Shown piece by piece: positions 19,737 through 27,911 of a stretch of DNA of 64,000 nt. Origin of the DNA: Candidatus Wolfebacteria bacterium GW2011_GWA1_44_24. Lineage in GTDB: Bacteria > Patescibacteriota > Minisyncoccia > UBA6257 > UBA9933. A program made the position numbers and the translations under genes. A model generated the notes under the pieces. It ran no database searches. It was not told the origin of the DNA and saw only the letters and a program-made list of their open reading frames with translations. The stretch is taken from NCBI GenBank assembly GCA_001001115.1, contig LCIO01000001.1, positions 236,710 through 300,709 on the forward strand. Reading direction: 5' to 3'. Numbering within the stretch: the first letter of the stretch is position 1; every line of letters begins with the position of its first letter.

Positions 19737-20210
19737 TTACACGTGTCGGTCCGCCACCTTGGAAGCCGCGTAGCTGTTCGGCTTAGTGCGAGCCTCAAAA
19801 TTATAAGCCCTAACCATTCCCACCACTTCATTAATCATTGATTTTGTTTCGCCGTTTTCGCCGACATCAATATGAATTTCAAAATCAAAATGCGGCGCGT
19901 CGAAACTTTTCAAACTTGCCAGGACTTTTTGCGCCGCTTCAAGTGAAAACATCACTTCTTGGATTATCCGGTCGCGCAAAGTATGAAATTTATCCAATTC
20001 AATCCGGCGCCAAAAATAACGGCCGCCATTCCCCACCCGATGGACAACCACCGCGGTGATAAAATCAACCGGCAAGCCCTCTTTAGCCTCGGAATCAGAA
20101 CCAATGATAATTTTATAATGCCGCTTTTCGTCATCTTTCATAAAACGGATGATTTCGGAAACGGTTTGTTCAATATTTAATTTTAAGCCAAACGGCGTGT
20201 TGAAATTCAT
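19737..20210 (-). CDS. YkuK/DUF458 RNase H-like family protein
   Basis: 157 aa. IIIGSDSE...ITAVVVHRVGNGGRYFW...IHIDVGENGETK pattern as in Bacillus YkuK-type proteins. Confidence 0.6.
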   Translation of the reverse strand: MNFNTPFGLKLNIEQTVSEIIRFMKDDEKRHYKIIIGSDSEAKEGLPVDFITAVVVHRVGNGGRYFWRRIELDKFHTLRDRIIQEVMFSLEAAQKVLASLKSFDAPHFDFEIHIDVGENGETKSMINEVVGMVRAYNFEARTKPNSYAASKVADRHV

Positions 20211-20212
20211 AT

Positions 20213-21202
20213 TTATTTTTGTATCGTTTTTTTTATTTTATTCAATAAATTTTTGTCTTCTTTCAATTTTTGAGTCGCGGCATCCATTCCCACCCCCAGT
20301 TTCTCTCCTTCAAAACTATAGGTATTGCCGCTCTTGCCGACTGTTCCCTGCTTCAAAGCGACATTCAAAATATCGGCGGCGTAAGAAATTCCCTCGCCAT
20401 ACATTATGTCAAATTCCGCGATTTTAAAAGGTGGCGCCACTTTGTTTTTGGCCACCTTGGCTTTAACGCGATTGCCGACCACTTCTTCTCCTTTTTTAAT
20501 TTGCGCAATGCGCCGAATATCAATCCTTACCGATGCGTAAAACTTCAACGCCCGGCCGCCTGGAGTCGTGGTCGGCTCGCCGTATCCCATCATCCCGATT
20601 TTGTCTCGAAGTTGATTTATAAAAATTATTAAAGTGTTTGATTTTGAAGAAATAGCCGTGAGTTTTCTTAACGCTTGACTCATCATTCTTGCCTGAAGTC
20701 CGATAAACTGCGCCCCCATTTCTCCTTCAATCTCGATTTTTGGAGTAAGAGCCGCCACCGAATCAACAACAATCACGTCAATAATTCCCGAACGCACCAA
20801 GCTTTCCAGGATATTAAGCGCTTCCTCGCCGCTGTCCGGCTGGGAAATAATCAAATCATTAATTTTTACGCCTAATTTTTTGGCGTATTCCGGGTCAAGC
20901 GCGTGTTCGGCGTCAATAAAAGCGGCTTTGCCTCCCTGTTTTTGCGCTTCAGCGACAGCATGAAGCGCGAGAGTGGTTTTACCGCTCGATTCCGGGCCAA
21001 AAATTTCAATAATTCTTCCTCTCGGAAAACCTCCCACTCCTAAAGCCAAATCCAACGAAAAAGAACCCGTTGGAACAACGGCGACATCGACTTTTTTAAC
21101 ATCGCCCAATTTCATCACCGCCCCTTCGCCAAACTTTTCTTGAAGCGACTCCAGCAATTTTTCCAAATCTTGTTTTTCTTCCGCGGTTTTTTGTTTTGTC
21201 AT
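20213..21202 (-). CDS. recA: Recombinase RecA
   Basis: [12 protein letters not shown] Walker [11 protein letters not shown]1/L2 loop regions. Confidence 0.97.
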   Translation of the reverse strand: MTKQKTAEEKQDLEKLLESLQEKFGEGAVMKLGDVKKVDVAVVPTGSFSLDLALGVGGFPRGRIIEIFGPESSGKTTLALHAVAEAQKQGGKAAFIDAEHALDPEYAKKLGVKINDLIISQPDSGEEALNILESLVRSGIIDVIVVDSVAALTPKIEIEGEMGAQFIGLQARMMSQALRKLTAISSKSNTLIIFINQLRDKIGMMGYGEPTTTPGGRALKFYASVRIDIRRIAQIKKGEEVVGNRVKAKVAKNKVAPPFKIAEFDIMYGEGISYAADILNVALKQGTVGKSGNTYSFEGEKLGVGMDAATQKLKEDKNLLNKIKKTIQK

Positions 21203-21840
21203 TATGGTTGATAAATAATTCGCCTGGTCTCTTTTACTTCTTTTCCTAAAAATCTTTTAACCTTGAATTCAATTGAATTGGCGCCGGGGTTAAGCTCGAT
21301 TTCTTTTTCAAATTGACCGTTGGCACTAACAAAAATTTCTTCGCTATTAATCATCAATTTATCCCGATAATCCCCCAACTCGCCGCTTAATTTAAAATTC
21401 GGCTCTCTGACAATCAAATTGTCGCCGGCCGGATTTAAAATTTCCATTTTCGGAATGCCCAATAAGCTGTTAATCCGCCAAACCAGAAAAAGTATAACAA
21501 AGACAAAAATAATTGCAATCGCAATTCTCTTGATTTTTCTCGGCTTAACGGCAAAACGATTAAAAGGCAGCCGATCATCAAGATTCATTCCGGCGATGAT
21601 TTCGTCTTTGTAAGCTTGCCACGTTCCTTCGCCGTCGATTCTCAAGACTTCGGAAATTTTCATCAAATAACCCCGCAAATAAGCAAGCGGAGGAAATTTT
21701 TTGAAATCGCCCTCAATAAAAGCACTTAAGTGGCGCTTGGAAATGCCGGTTAATTCCGACAGCCGCTCAATGGTCAAGCCGCGGATTTCCATGGCTTCGC
21801 CCAAAAACTCCTTAAAAGATTTTTGCTTATCGTTAGTCAT
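21202..21840 (-). CDS. RodZ-like HTH membrane protein
   Basis: N-terminal Xre-type HTH ([26 protein letters not shown]), one TM helix, C-terminal beta domain. Confidence 0.5.
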   Translation of the reverse strand: MTNDKQKSFKEFLGEAMEIRGLTIERLSELTGISKRHLSAFIEGDFKKFPPLAYLRGYLMKISEVLRIDGEGTWQAYKDEIIAGMNLDDRLPFNRFAVKPRKIKRIAIAIIFVFVILFLVWRINSLLGIPKMEILNPAGDNLIVREPNFKLSGELGDYRDKLMINSEEIFVSANGQFEKEIELNPGANSIEFKVKRFLGKEVKETRRIIYQP

Positions 21841-23941
21841 AATAAACTTCTCTCGGTTTGGCTCCTTCGCCGGGCCCGATAATTCCCTTGGCTTCCATTA
21901 TATCCAGAAGCCGGGCGGCCCGGGCATAACCGATTTTAAGCCGGCGCTGAAGAAGCGAAGCCGACGCCTTTTTCGCGGCTTTAACCGTTTCCACCGCCTC
22001 GTCATACAACTCGTCTTCTTCGCCGGATTCGGCGTATTCGTCAAAAATATTCGATAAATTATCGCTATTAGCTACGCCGTTTTCAAAATTTAAATCCTTT
22101 GGTTCTTCTGTGTCAGCGGAAAAATTTTTATTGTTTTCCCTAATGAAATTGGTTACTTTGCTTATTTCCTCTTCAGAAAGATAAGCCCCCTGGATTCTTT
22201 TCGGCTTTGATAATTCCGATGAAGTAAAGAGCATGTCTCCGCCGCCCAAAAGCTTTTCCGCTCCGGCTGAATCCAAAATAGTCCGGGAATCAACTTGAGA
22301 AGCGACTTGAAGGGCCATTCTGGAAGTGATATTGGCCTTAATCAAACCGGTGATGACTTCAACCGACGGCCGCTGAGTGGAAACAATCAGGTGAATGCCC
22401 GTAGCTCTGGCCATCTGAGCCAATCTGACAATCGCACCCTCGATTTCCCGGCCGTAAGTCGCCATCAAATCAGCCAATTCGTCGATCACCAGTAAAATAT
22501 AAGAAAGCGGTTCATCCGGATGCTTTTTATTATAACTTTGAACGTCGCGCGAACCGGCCCCCAAAAGCGTTTCGTAGCGCTTATCCATTTCTTCAATCAG
22601 CCAGCGAAAAACGCCGGCGGTTTTTTTGGTTTGAGTGATGACCGGCGCGATCAAATGAGGCAGGCCGTCATACGCGGAAAGTTCCACCCTCTTCGGGTCA
22701 ATTAAAATCATTTTCAAAGTTTCGGGCGAATTTTTATAAAGCAAGGAGATTAAAAGGGAATGGATGGCGATTGATTTTCCCGAACCGGTTGAACCGGCAA
22801 TGAGCAAATGCGGCATTTTTTCAATATCCGCGAAAATCGGTTCTCCCGAAACATCGCGGCCCAAAATAAAACCAAGGAGTCCGGAGTCCGCGAATTCCGG
22901 ATAATTCATCAAACTTCCCAGCCGAACTATGGCCGCCACCTTATTCGGCACTTCAATGCCAACCAATGATTTCCCGGGAATCGGCGCTTCAATCCTAATG
23001 GGATGAGCGGCCAAAGCCAAAGACAAATCTTGATTCAAAGCCATGATTCGCGACAATTTAATGCCTTCGGCCGGCTTAAGGGTATAACGGGTAACTTTCG
23101 GGCCGATGTTAATTTCTCCCATTTCCACCGGAATGCCGAATCCCTCCAACGTCCTTTTGATGATATTGGCGCTGGCGCGCAAATCTCCAGAAGTCGGTTT
23201 TTCAATGGACGACTTAAGAAGTTCTAACGGAGGAAAAACATAATTGCCCGACGCCCGGCGTTTAGGAAGAGACATTTTTTTGAATCCTATCGCGGCCGCG
23301 ATTTTTTCCTTAATTGGTTCCTGTTTATCCTCTGTTTTCGGCTCTTCAACTGCCGCAATTTCATTCGTCGGCGCTGGAGCCGGCTCGCTGACTTTCAACG
23401 GCGCCAGAGTCAAAACAGGTTCTTTGTCTTTTTTCATTCTCATTTTGAGAGGTAAATTAAGAGTAACCAGTAAAGAAGCAATATTAATAACGCCGACAAT
23501 AACCAGCGAAGCCATATAACCAAAAAGATATTCCAGGGAACCGATTCCGGCGCCGACAATTCCACTCTTGGAAGGAAGAACAATGTCAATCAGACCCAAG
23601 CCGGCAAAAACGAAAACCACGGCGCCCAGAAAAGTAATCTGATAAATCCGGCGCCGTTCGGAAATCAAAAACACGCCCGCCATAATCAAAAAAGTCAAAG
23701 GTAAGAGATAATATCCCCAGCCGAAAAGCCATTTAAAAATATCGTAAAAAAAATTGCCGACCGGACCGGCGTTTTGAAAACTCGCCAAAAACAAAATCGC
23801 GGCCGCGCCGAAAAAAATCACCGCCCAAACGCTTTTCTTGGTCTCTGGATGAAGCCGAAATTCTTCCGATTCGCCCGACATCAAAGATTTAACGCCGAAT
23901 GCTTTTTTGCTTTTTCTTTTGCGCGACATCTTTTGCTTCAA
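21833..23941 (-). CDS. ftsK: DNA translocase FtsK/SpoIIIE
   Basis: N-terminal TM helices, AGSTGSGKS Walker A, C-terminal winged-helix gamma domain (LQRRLKIGYARAARLLD). Confidence 0.92.
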   Translation of the reverse strand: MKQKMSRKRKSKKAFGVKSLMSGESEEFRLHPETKKSVWAVIFFGAAAILFLASFQNAGPVGNFFYDIFKWLFGWGYYLLPLTFLIMAGVFLISERRRIYQITFLGAVVFVFAGLGLIDIVLPSKSGIVGAGIGSLEYLFGYMASLVIVGVINIASLLVTLNLPLKMRMKKDKEPVLTLAPLKVSEPAPAPTNEIAAVEEPKTEDKQEPIKEKIAAAIGFKKMSLPKRRASGNYVFPPLELLKSSIEKPTSGDLRASANIIKRTLEGFGIPVEMGEINIGPKVTRYTLKPAEGIKLSRIMALNQDLSLALAAHPIRIEAPIPGKSLVGIEVPNKVAAIVRLGSLMNYPEFADSGLLGFILGRDVSGEPIFADIEKMPHLLIAGSTGSGKSIAIHSLLISLLYKNSPETLKMILIDPKRVELSAYDGLPHLIAPVITQTKKTAGVFRWLIEEMDKRYETLLGAGSRDVQSYNKKHPDEPLSYILLVIDELADLMATYGREIEGAIVRLAQMARATGIHLIVSTQRPSVEVITGLIKANITSRMALQVASQVDSRTILDSAGAEKLLGGGDMLFTSSELSKPKRIQGAYLSEEEISKVTNFIRENNKNFSADTEEPKDLNFENGVANSDNLSNIFDEYAESGEEDELYDEAVETVKAAKKASASLLQRRLKIGYARAARLLDIMEAKGIIGPGEGAKPREVYYD

Positions 23942-23959
23942 TTAAACACCAAATTTTGG

Positions 23960-23965
23960 TAAAAT
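23960..23965 (+). promoter_or_regulatory. -10 box TAAAAT (TGg-extended) exactly 7 nt before ATG 23973: leaderless start candidate
   Basis: aaATTTTGGTAAAATtcaatcaATG. Only 31 bp separate this gene from the divergent ftsK start. Confidence 0.45.
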
Positions 23966-23972
23966 TCAATCA

Positions 23973-24374
23973 ATGAAAATGAATCCGAAAATATTTAAAG
24001 CTTACGATATCCGCGGCAAATACCCGCGCGAAATAAACGAAAATATTGTAATGGAAATAGTGGATAAATTTTTACCCCGCAAGTTAAAAATTAAAATTAT
24101 TATCGGCCGCGACGCTCGTTTAAGTTCGCCGAATTTATACAAAGCGGCAATCAAACGATTAAAAATTCAATCCGCCGACTGGCGGAGGAAATTAAAAATT
24201 GTCCCGGCGGGATTGATTACCACACCGATGCTTTCTTTTTTGGTCAATTATCTGAAAGCTGATTTCGGCATAATGATTACCGCCAGCCATAACCCAAAAG
24301 AATACAATGGTTTGAAAATCGTCGGCAAAAACGCCATGCCGATAAGCGGAAAAGATGTTTTACAATTATTATAA
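23973..24374 (+). CDS. Phosphomannomutase/phosphoglucomutase, N-terminal fragment (domain I)
   Basis: KAYDIRGKYP..., active-site loop ITASHNPKEYNGLK. Ends at TAA 24372-24374, in the same frame as the downstream fragment. Confidence 0.8.
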   Translation: MKMNPKIFKAYDIRGKYPREINENIVMEIVDKFLPRKLKIKIIIGRDARLSSPNLYKAAIKRLKIQSADWRRKLKIVPAGLITTPMLSFLVNYLKADFGIMITASHNPKEYNGLKIVGKNAMPISGKDVLQLL

Positions 24375-24472
24375 ACAACAAATACAAAATTGTTTCTGAA
24401 ACCTAAACGGAAGCGCAGTCCGCCAACTGGCGGACGTGAGCGGGTTGAAGAAACAATTTTGTATTCGTTGTT
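24374..24472 (+). ncRNA. Copy B of the structured element: 23-bp stem + 53-nt core region = 99 nt, inserted inside the PMM coding frame
   Basis: AACAACAAATACAAAATTGTTTC (24374-24396) pairs 22/23 with GAAACAATTTTGTATTCGTTGTT (24450-24472). The core contains the perfect hairpin GTCCGCC-aact-GGCGGAC. Confidence 0.6.
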
Positions 24473-24476
24473 GACG

Positions 24477-25418
24477 ATGGCTGTTATGAATTATATAAAA
24501 ATTTACGCTGATTTTCTTAAAAAATTTTTACGACCTCGACAAAAATTGAAGGTGGTTTTTGATTGTTCCAATGGCGTTGCCGGCCCGATAATTAAACAGC
24601 TGACAACCGACAGCCAACAACTGAAAACTTTTTTGATTAATGAAAAATCCGATGGCAATTTTCCGGCTCATGGGCCGAATCCGCTTAAACCCAACGCGTT
24701 AAAACAACTCCAAAATGAAGTCAAAAAACACAAAGCTACTCTCGGAATAATTTTTGACGCCGACGGCGACAGAGTATTTTTCATCGATAATCGCGGCCGC
24801 TTTGTTGACCCGGACGTGATTTCTCGATTGTTAATTTGGCACCTTAAGCCAAAAAAAGTTGTTATCGATGTCCGGACGGGATGGCTCGTAAGAAAATTCA
24901 AAATTAAAAATTCAAAATTAAAAATTCACGAATCAAGCGTTGGGCATTATTTCATAAAAAAATTAATGCGCAAAACTAATGCGGATTTAGGCGTCGAACG
25001 TTCGGGGCATTATTATTTCGGACCAAACATTCATAATCAAAAAAATCTTTATTTTGATTCGGGAATCCTTGCCGCCATTGAAACAATCAATGCGGTTTCA
25101 AAATTGCCGTATTCTTTGGCGGATTTCAGCGATTTATTTCCGCCGCTTTATCGCTCCGGCGAAATCAACATAAAAATCGGCCAGCCGCAAAATATAATAA
25201 AAAAAATTGAAAAAAAATTGAAAAATCAAGCAATAAAAACTTCTCGCCTTGACGGCTTAACGATGGAATTCAATCCTTCGGCAAGCCCGGGAAAAGCCTG
25301 GCGGTTTAATCTGCGGCCGTCAAACACCGAACCGCTGGTCAGATTAAATATTGAAGCAACCGATAAACGATTTCTTGACAATTTTCTTAAAAAGATTTAT
25401 TCTTTAATTAGCAATTAG
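24477..25418 (+). CDS. Phosphomannomutase/phosphoglucomutase, C-terminal fragment (domains II-IV)
   Basis: KLKVVFDCSNGVAG, Mg loop FDADGDR, sugar loop ERSGHYYF, phosphate loop RPSNTEP. First in-frame ATG after the element is 24477 (ORF track starts at TTG 24390 inside the element). Confidence 0.75.
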   Translation: MAVMNYIKIYADFLKKFLRPRQKLKVVFDCSNGVAGPIIKQLTTDSQQLKTFLINEKSDGNFPAHGPNPLKPNALKQLQNEVKKHKATLGIIFDADGDRVFFIDNRGRFVDPDVISRLLIWHLKPKKVVIDVRTGWLVRKFKIKNSKLKIHESSVGHYFIKKLMRKTNADLGVERSGHYYFGPNIHNQKNLYFDSGILAAIETINAVSKLPYSLADFSDLFPPLYRSGEINIKIGQPQNIIKKIEKKLKNQAIKTSRLDGLTMEFNPSASPGKAWRFNLRPSNTEPLVRLNIEATDKRFLDNFLKKIYSLISN

Positions 25419-25444
25419 CGACAACTAAAAAGGGGGTGAGGTGA

Positions 25445-26023
25445 TTGGCAAAGCTCATAATCTTGGATTTCGACGGGGTTTTGGTTAAAAGTGGAAAGAT
25501 GGAAAAGTGCTGGCGGAAATTTTCGGAAGAACTTACCCTGAAAAAAACACCGCGTTTTTTGCTGGAATTTTGCGACATCTTCGATTTCCTGGCAAAGCCG
25601 GCTCCGGAATTAAAACCTGAGGCCAAACGCTTTATTCGGGAACGAGATTCGAAATCGGAGCTCCTGGCTCTTATTACCGACCGCAGCTTGTTCTTTATTT
25701 CCTCGTTCTTTTCCAAGAGCAAAGAAATTTCGCCGACTGATTTTGAATTTATCCAAGTCCGAGAAAGTTTTCTCAACCAATTTTCGCCCTGGATAAAATT
25801 CATCGGCGAGCCCAAAACAAAACCGCAAATTTTTGTTTCCGCTCAAACAAAACCCGCTCCGGAAGTTCTGAAAAACAAAGAGTTAAAACGCTTCTTGGAT
25901 GAAAGAAATATTAAACAAGAAGAGGTTCTTATTATTGACGACCTCTTTGAAATGAGAAAAGCGGCGCGGGAAATGGGCTTTCCGGCGCTGGCGCCGAAAT
26001 TATTTTTCCAAACCGAACCCTGA
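25445..26023 (+). CDS. HAD-superfamily hydrolase-like protein
   Basis: Motif I ILDFDGVL at the N-terminus, TTG start preceded by GGTGAGGTGA Shine-Dalgarno, IIDD near the C-terminus. Confidence 0.5.
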   Translation: MAKLIILDFDGVLVKSGKMEKCWRKFSEELTLKKTPRFLLEFCDIFDFLAKPAPELKPEAKRFIRERDSKSELLALITDRSLFFISSFFSKSKEISPTDFEFIQVRESFLNQFSPWIKFIGEPKTKPQIFVSAQTKPAPEVLKNKELKRFLDERNIKQEEVLIIDDLFEMRKAAREMGFPALAPKLFFQTEP

Positions 26024-26057
26024 TGCTTAAATCATCAAAAAGGGTCCGGTTTTTTTA

Positions 26058-26414
26058 TTAAAGCAAATTAAAAAAATGCGGCCAAAAAACTAGCAAACCG
26101 ATAATAACTGCTCCAAAACTGGCCACTAAAACTATCGCGGCCATCAAATCCTTTATAAGCCGCACCTGCTCGTTATATTTTGGCTGAAGGAAATCCAACA
26201 ATCGCTCAATGACGACATTAACCAATTCCAAAGTCAGCACCGTGAAAATTGCCGTCATCAAAACCGCTTTTTCGGTCCGACTGGTCGGAAAATAAAGCAT
26301 TGCCGCGACAACCAGCGCGGCAACGATAATCATTATCTTAAAATTCCGCTCGTGAATAAGGGTTTCTTTCAAGCCGTTAAAAGCGTATTTGAAGCTATCG
26401 CGCAATTTTCTCAT
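26058..26414 (-). CDS. dgkA: Diacylglycerol/undecaprenol kinase (DgkA family)
   Basis: 118 aa, 3 TM helices, ERNF...ELVNVVIERLLD motif. Confidence 0.8.
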   Translation of the reverse strand: MRKLRDSFKYAFNGLKETLIHERNFKIMIIVAALVVAAMLYFPTSRTEKAVLMTAIFTVLTLELVNVVIERLLDFLQPKYNEQVRLIKDLMAAIVLVASFGAVIIGLLVFWPHFFNLL

Positions 26415-27231
26415 CTTTATTTAAATTATAAAAGTTTTCAAAAACTTTTGCCACTAAAATCGGGCCGGCGCCGCCTGGCGTAGGCGTATAAAATGACAAT
26501 TGATCTCCGATATTTGATAATTGACCGCTATCTAAATCGCCGGAAATTTTATTGTTTTCATCAAAAGAATATCCGAAATCAATTATTCCGGCATCTTGTT
26601 TCAATATTTCCGGTTTTATCAAACCGGCCTGACCAACGCCAGAAATTATCAAATCGTAATTTTTCAAGTCGGATAAATCGCTGTTTTTTTTAAAAATTTT
26701 CAGCTCCTTGACTTGGTTCATTAACCAAACGGCAACCGGTTTGCCGATTAAAAAACCGGCGCCAACAACTGCGACCTTAACATCTGACAACCGACATTTG
26801 ACCTCTGACAATATTTCTTCAACTGTTTCGATTGCCGGCGGCAAAACCGGATTTCGGCCAACATAAAACGCGCCAAGCGCCCGCTCGCCCAAAACATCAA
26901 TATCTTTTTCCCGCGGAATAACGTTCAATATATAATGCTTATTAATATGTTCCGGCAAAGGCAACTGCACAATCACGCCGCCAACCTTTTTTAAAAGCGC
27001 GATTTTTAAAACTTCTTTTCGCAACTCGTCGTTTTTTAAATCTGACGAGGATTTATAAATTCGAAAATCAATACCCAACTCTTTGGCGACATTTTCTTTT
27101 TGTTTTAAAAAACTTTCCGATTGCTGATTATCGCCCGCTAAAACCGCCGCCAAAATTTTCTCCGGTTTAGGCCGGGTTTTCAATTCGTCAATGATATTTT
27201 GAGCTATTTTTTTACCGTCAATAATCTTCAT
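26395..27231 (-). CDS. folD: Bifunctional methylenetetrahydrofolate dehydrogenase/cyclohydrolase FolD
   Basis: MKIIDGKKIA..., VQLPLP, TPGGAGP motifs. Confidence 0.9.
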   Translation of the reverse strand: MKIIDGKKIAQNIIDELKTRPKPEKILAAVLAGDNQQSESFLKQKENVAKELGIDFRIYKSSSDLKNDELRKEVLKIALLKKVGGVIVQLPLPEHINKHYILNVIPREKDIDVLGERALGAFYVGRNPVLPPAIETVEEILSEVKCRLSDVKVAVVGAGFLIGKPVAVWLMNQVKELKIFKKNSDLSDLKNYDLIISGVGQAGLIKPEILKQDAGIIDFGYSFDENNKISGDLDSGQLSNIGDQLSFYTPTPGGAGPILVAKVFENFYNLNKDEKIAR

Positions 27232-27232
27232 T

Positions 27233-27625
27233 TTAAATATTTTTATAATGCTTTATTACATAATCTTTTCTACAAATTGTCAAGGCAATTAAATCTATTT
27301 GCCAACCCTTCTTGTCGTCAATCAATTCTAATCGATGATTGGCGTACAAAGAAGCGGTTCTTTGAAGTTTTGCCAATTTAACACTCGTCAGCTGATTTTC
27401 GGCCGAAATTTGATTGTAATTTTCGTTAACGGTGTGTAATTTTTCCACACCACGAACGGTTTTTACTTCTACAAACACCAGGGTTTTATCCGGCGCCTTG
27501 GCAATTATATCCAATTCTCCCCATTTTTGCCTAAAATTGCGTTCAATTATCTTATATTTATTCTCCATAAGATATCTACAAGCTATATTTTCACCAAACT
27601 GGCCGATTTCTGATTTATAAGTCAT
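27233..27625 (-). CDS. yraN: YraN-family (UPF0102) endonuclease-like protein
   Basis: GENIACRYL...GELDIIA...VFVEVKT restriction-endonuclease-like core. Confidence 0.8.
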   Translation of the reverse strand: MTYKSEIGQFGENIACRYLMENKYKIIERNFRQKWGELDIIAKAPDKTLVFVEVKTVRGVEKLHTVNENYNQISAENQLTSVKLAKLQRTASLYANHRLELIDDKKGWQIDLIALTICRKDYVIKHYKNI

Positions 27626-27632
27626 TTAATCA

Positions 27633-27638
27633 ATTATA
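27633..27638 (-). promoter_or_regulatory. -10 box TATAAT 7 nt upstream of yraN ATG (leaderless geometry)
   Basis: Minus strand ttattgTATAATtgattaaATGact. Confidence 0.45.
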
Positions 27639-27809
27639 CAATAATAAAGTGAATATGCCACACCGTAATCAATGTAAAACGTTTTCACATGCTAAACAAA
27701 AAACAAATTTGCCACAAAATGATTAAAAATGTTTCACGGCAAACATTAAAAAACGCTATGATTAAAAAACCCACATTTCATGCGGGTTTTTAAAAATGGC
27801 CGTTTCCAG

Positions 27810-27859
27810 TGTTTCACACTTTTTACAATGTTTCACACTGTTTTACACTTTTTGTCAAG
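27810..27859. repeat. Phased ~10-bp tandem motif array TGTTTCACAC / TTTTTACAA / TGTTTCACAC / TGTTTTACAC / TTTTTGTCAA
   Basis: Read directly. Related copies at 27680-27690 (CGTTTTCACAT) and 27730-27739 (TGTTTCACGG). Confidence 0.6.
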
Positions 27860-27888
27860 AAAAAAGCCCGAAATTGAATCTCGGGCTT
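27859..27888 (-). terminator. Intrinsic terminator of the galT-like gene
   Basis: Minus strand AGCCCGA-gattcaatt-TCGGGCT followed by TTTTTT. Confidence 0.75.
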
Positions 27889-27911
27889 TATAATTTTACA
27901 TCATTTACATT

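Noticed and set aside
24372-24374. Genome-wide stop-codon reassignment (TAA read as sense) as the explanation for the in-frame stop in PMM
   Set aside because: TAA, TAG and TGA all terminate well-conserved genes in this window at the expected protein ends: clpB TAA, endoQ TAA, the zinc-ribbon gene TAG, pilin paralog 1 TGA. There is no sign of recoding.
24397-24449. Assigning the 52/53-nt conserved core to a known self-cleaving ribozyme (hammerhead, twister) or to group II intron domain V
   Set aside because: CUGANGA/GAAA hammerhead cores are not both present. Twister-like pieces (CCUAAAC, AAGCGC, GAGCGGG) occur but the P2/pseudoknot architecture does not fit. The internal hairpin lacks the GNRA loop and 2-nt bulge of domain V. 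It is left as an unclassified motif.
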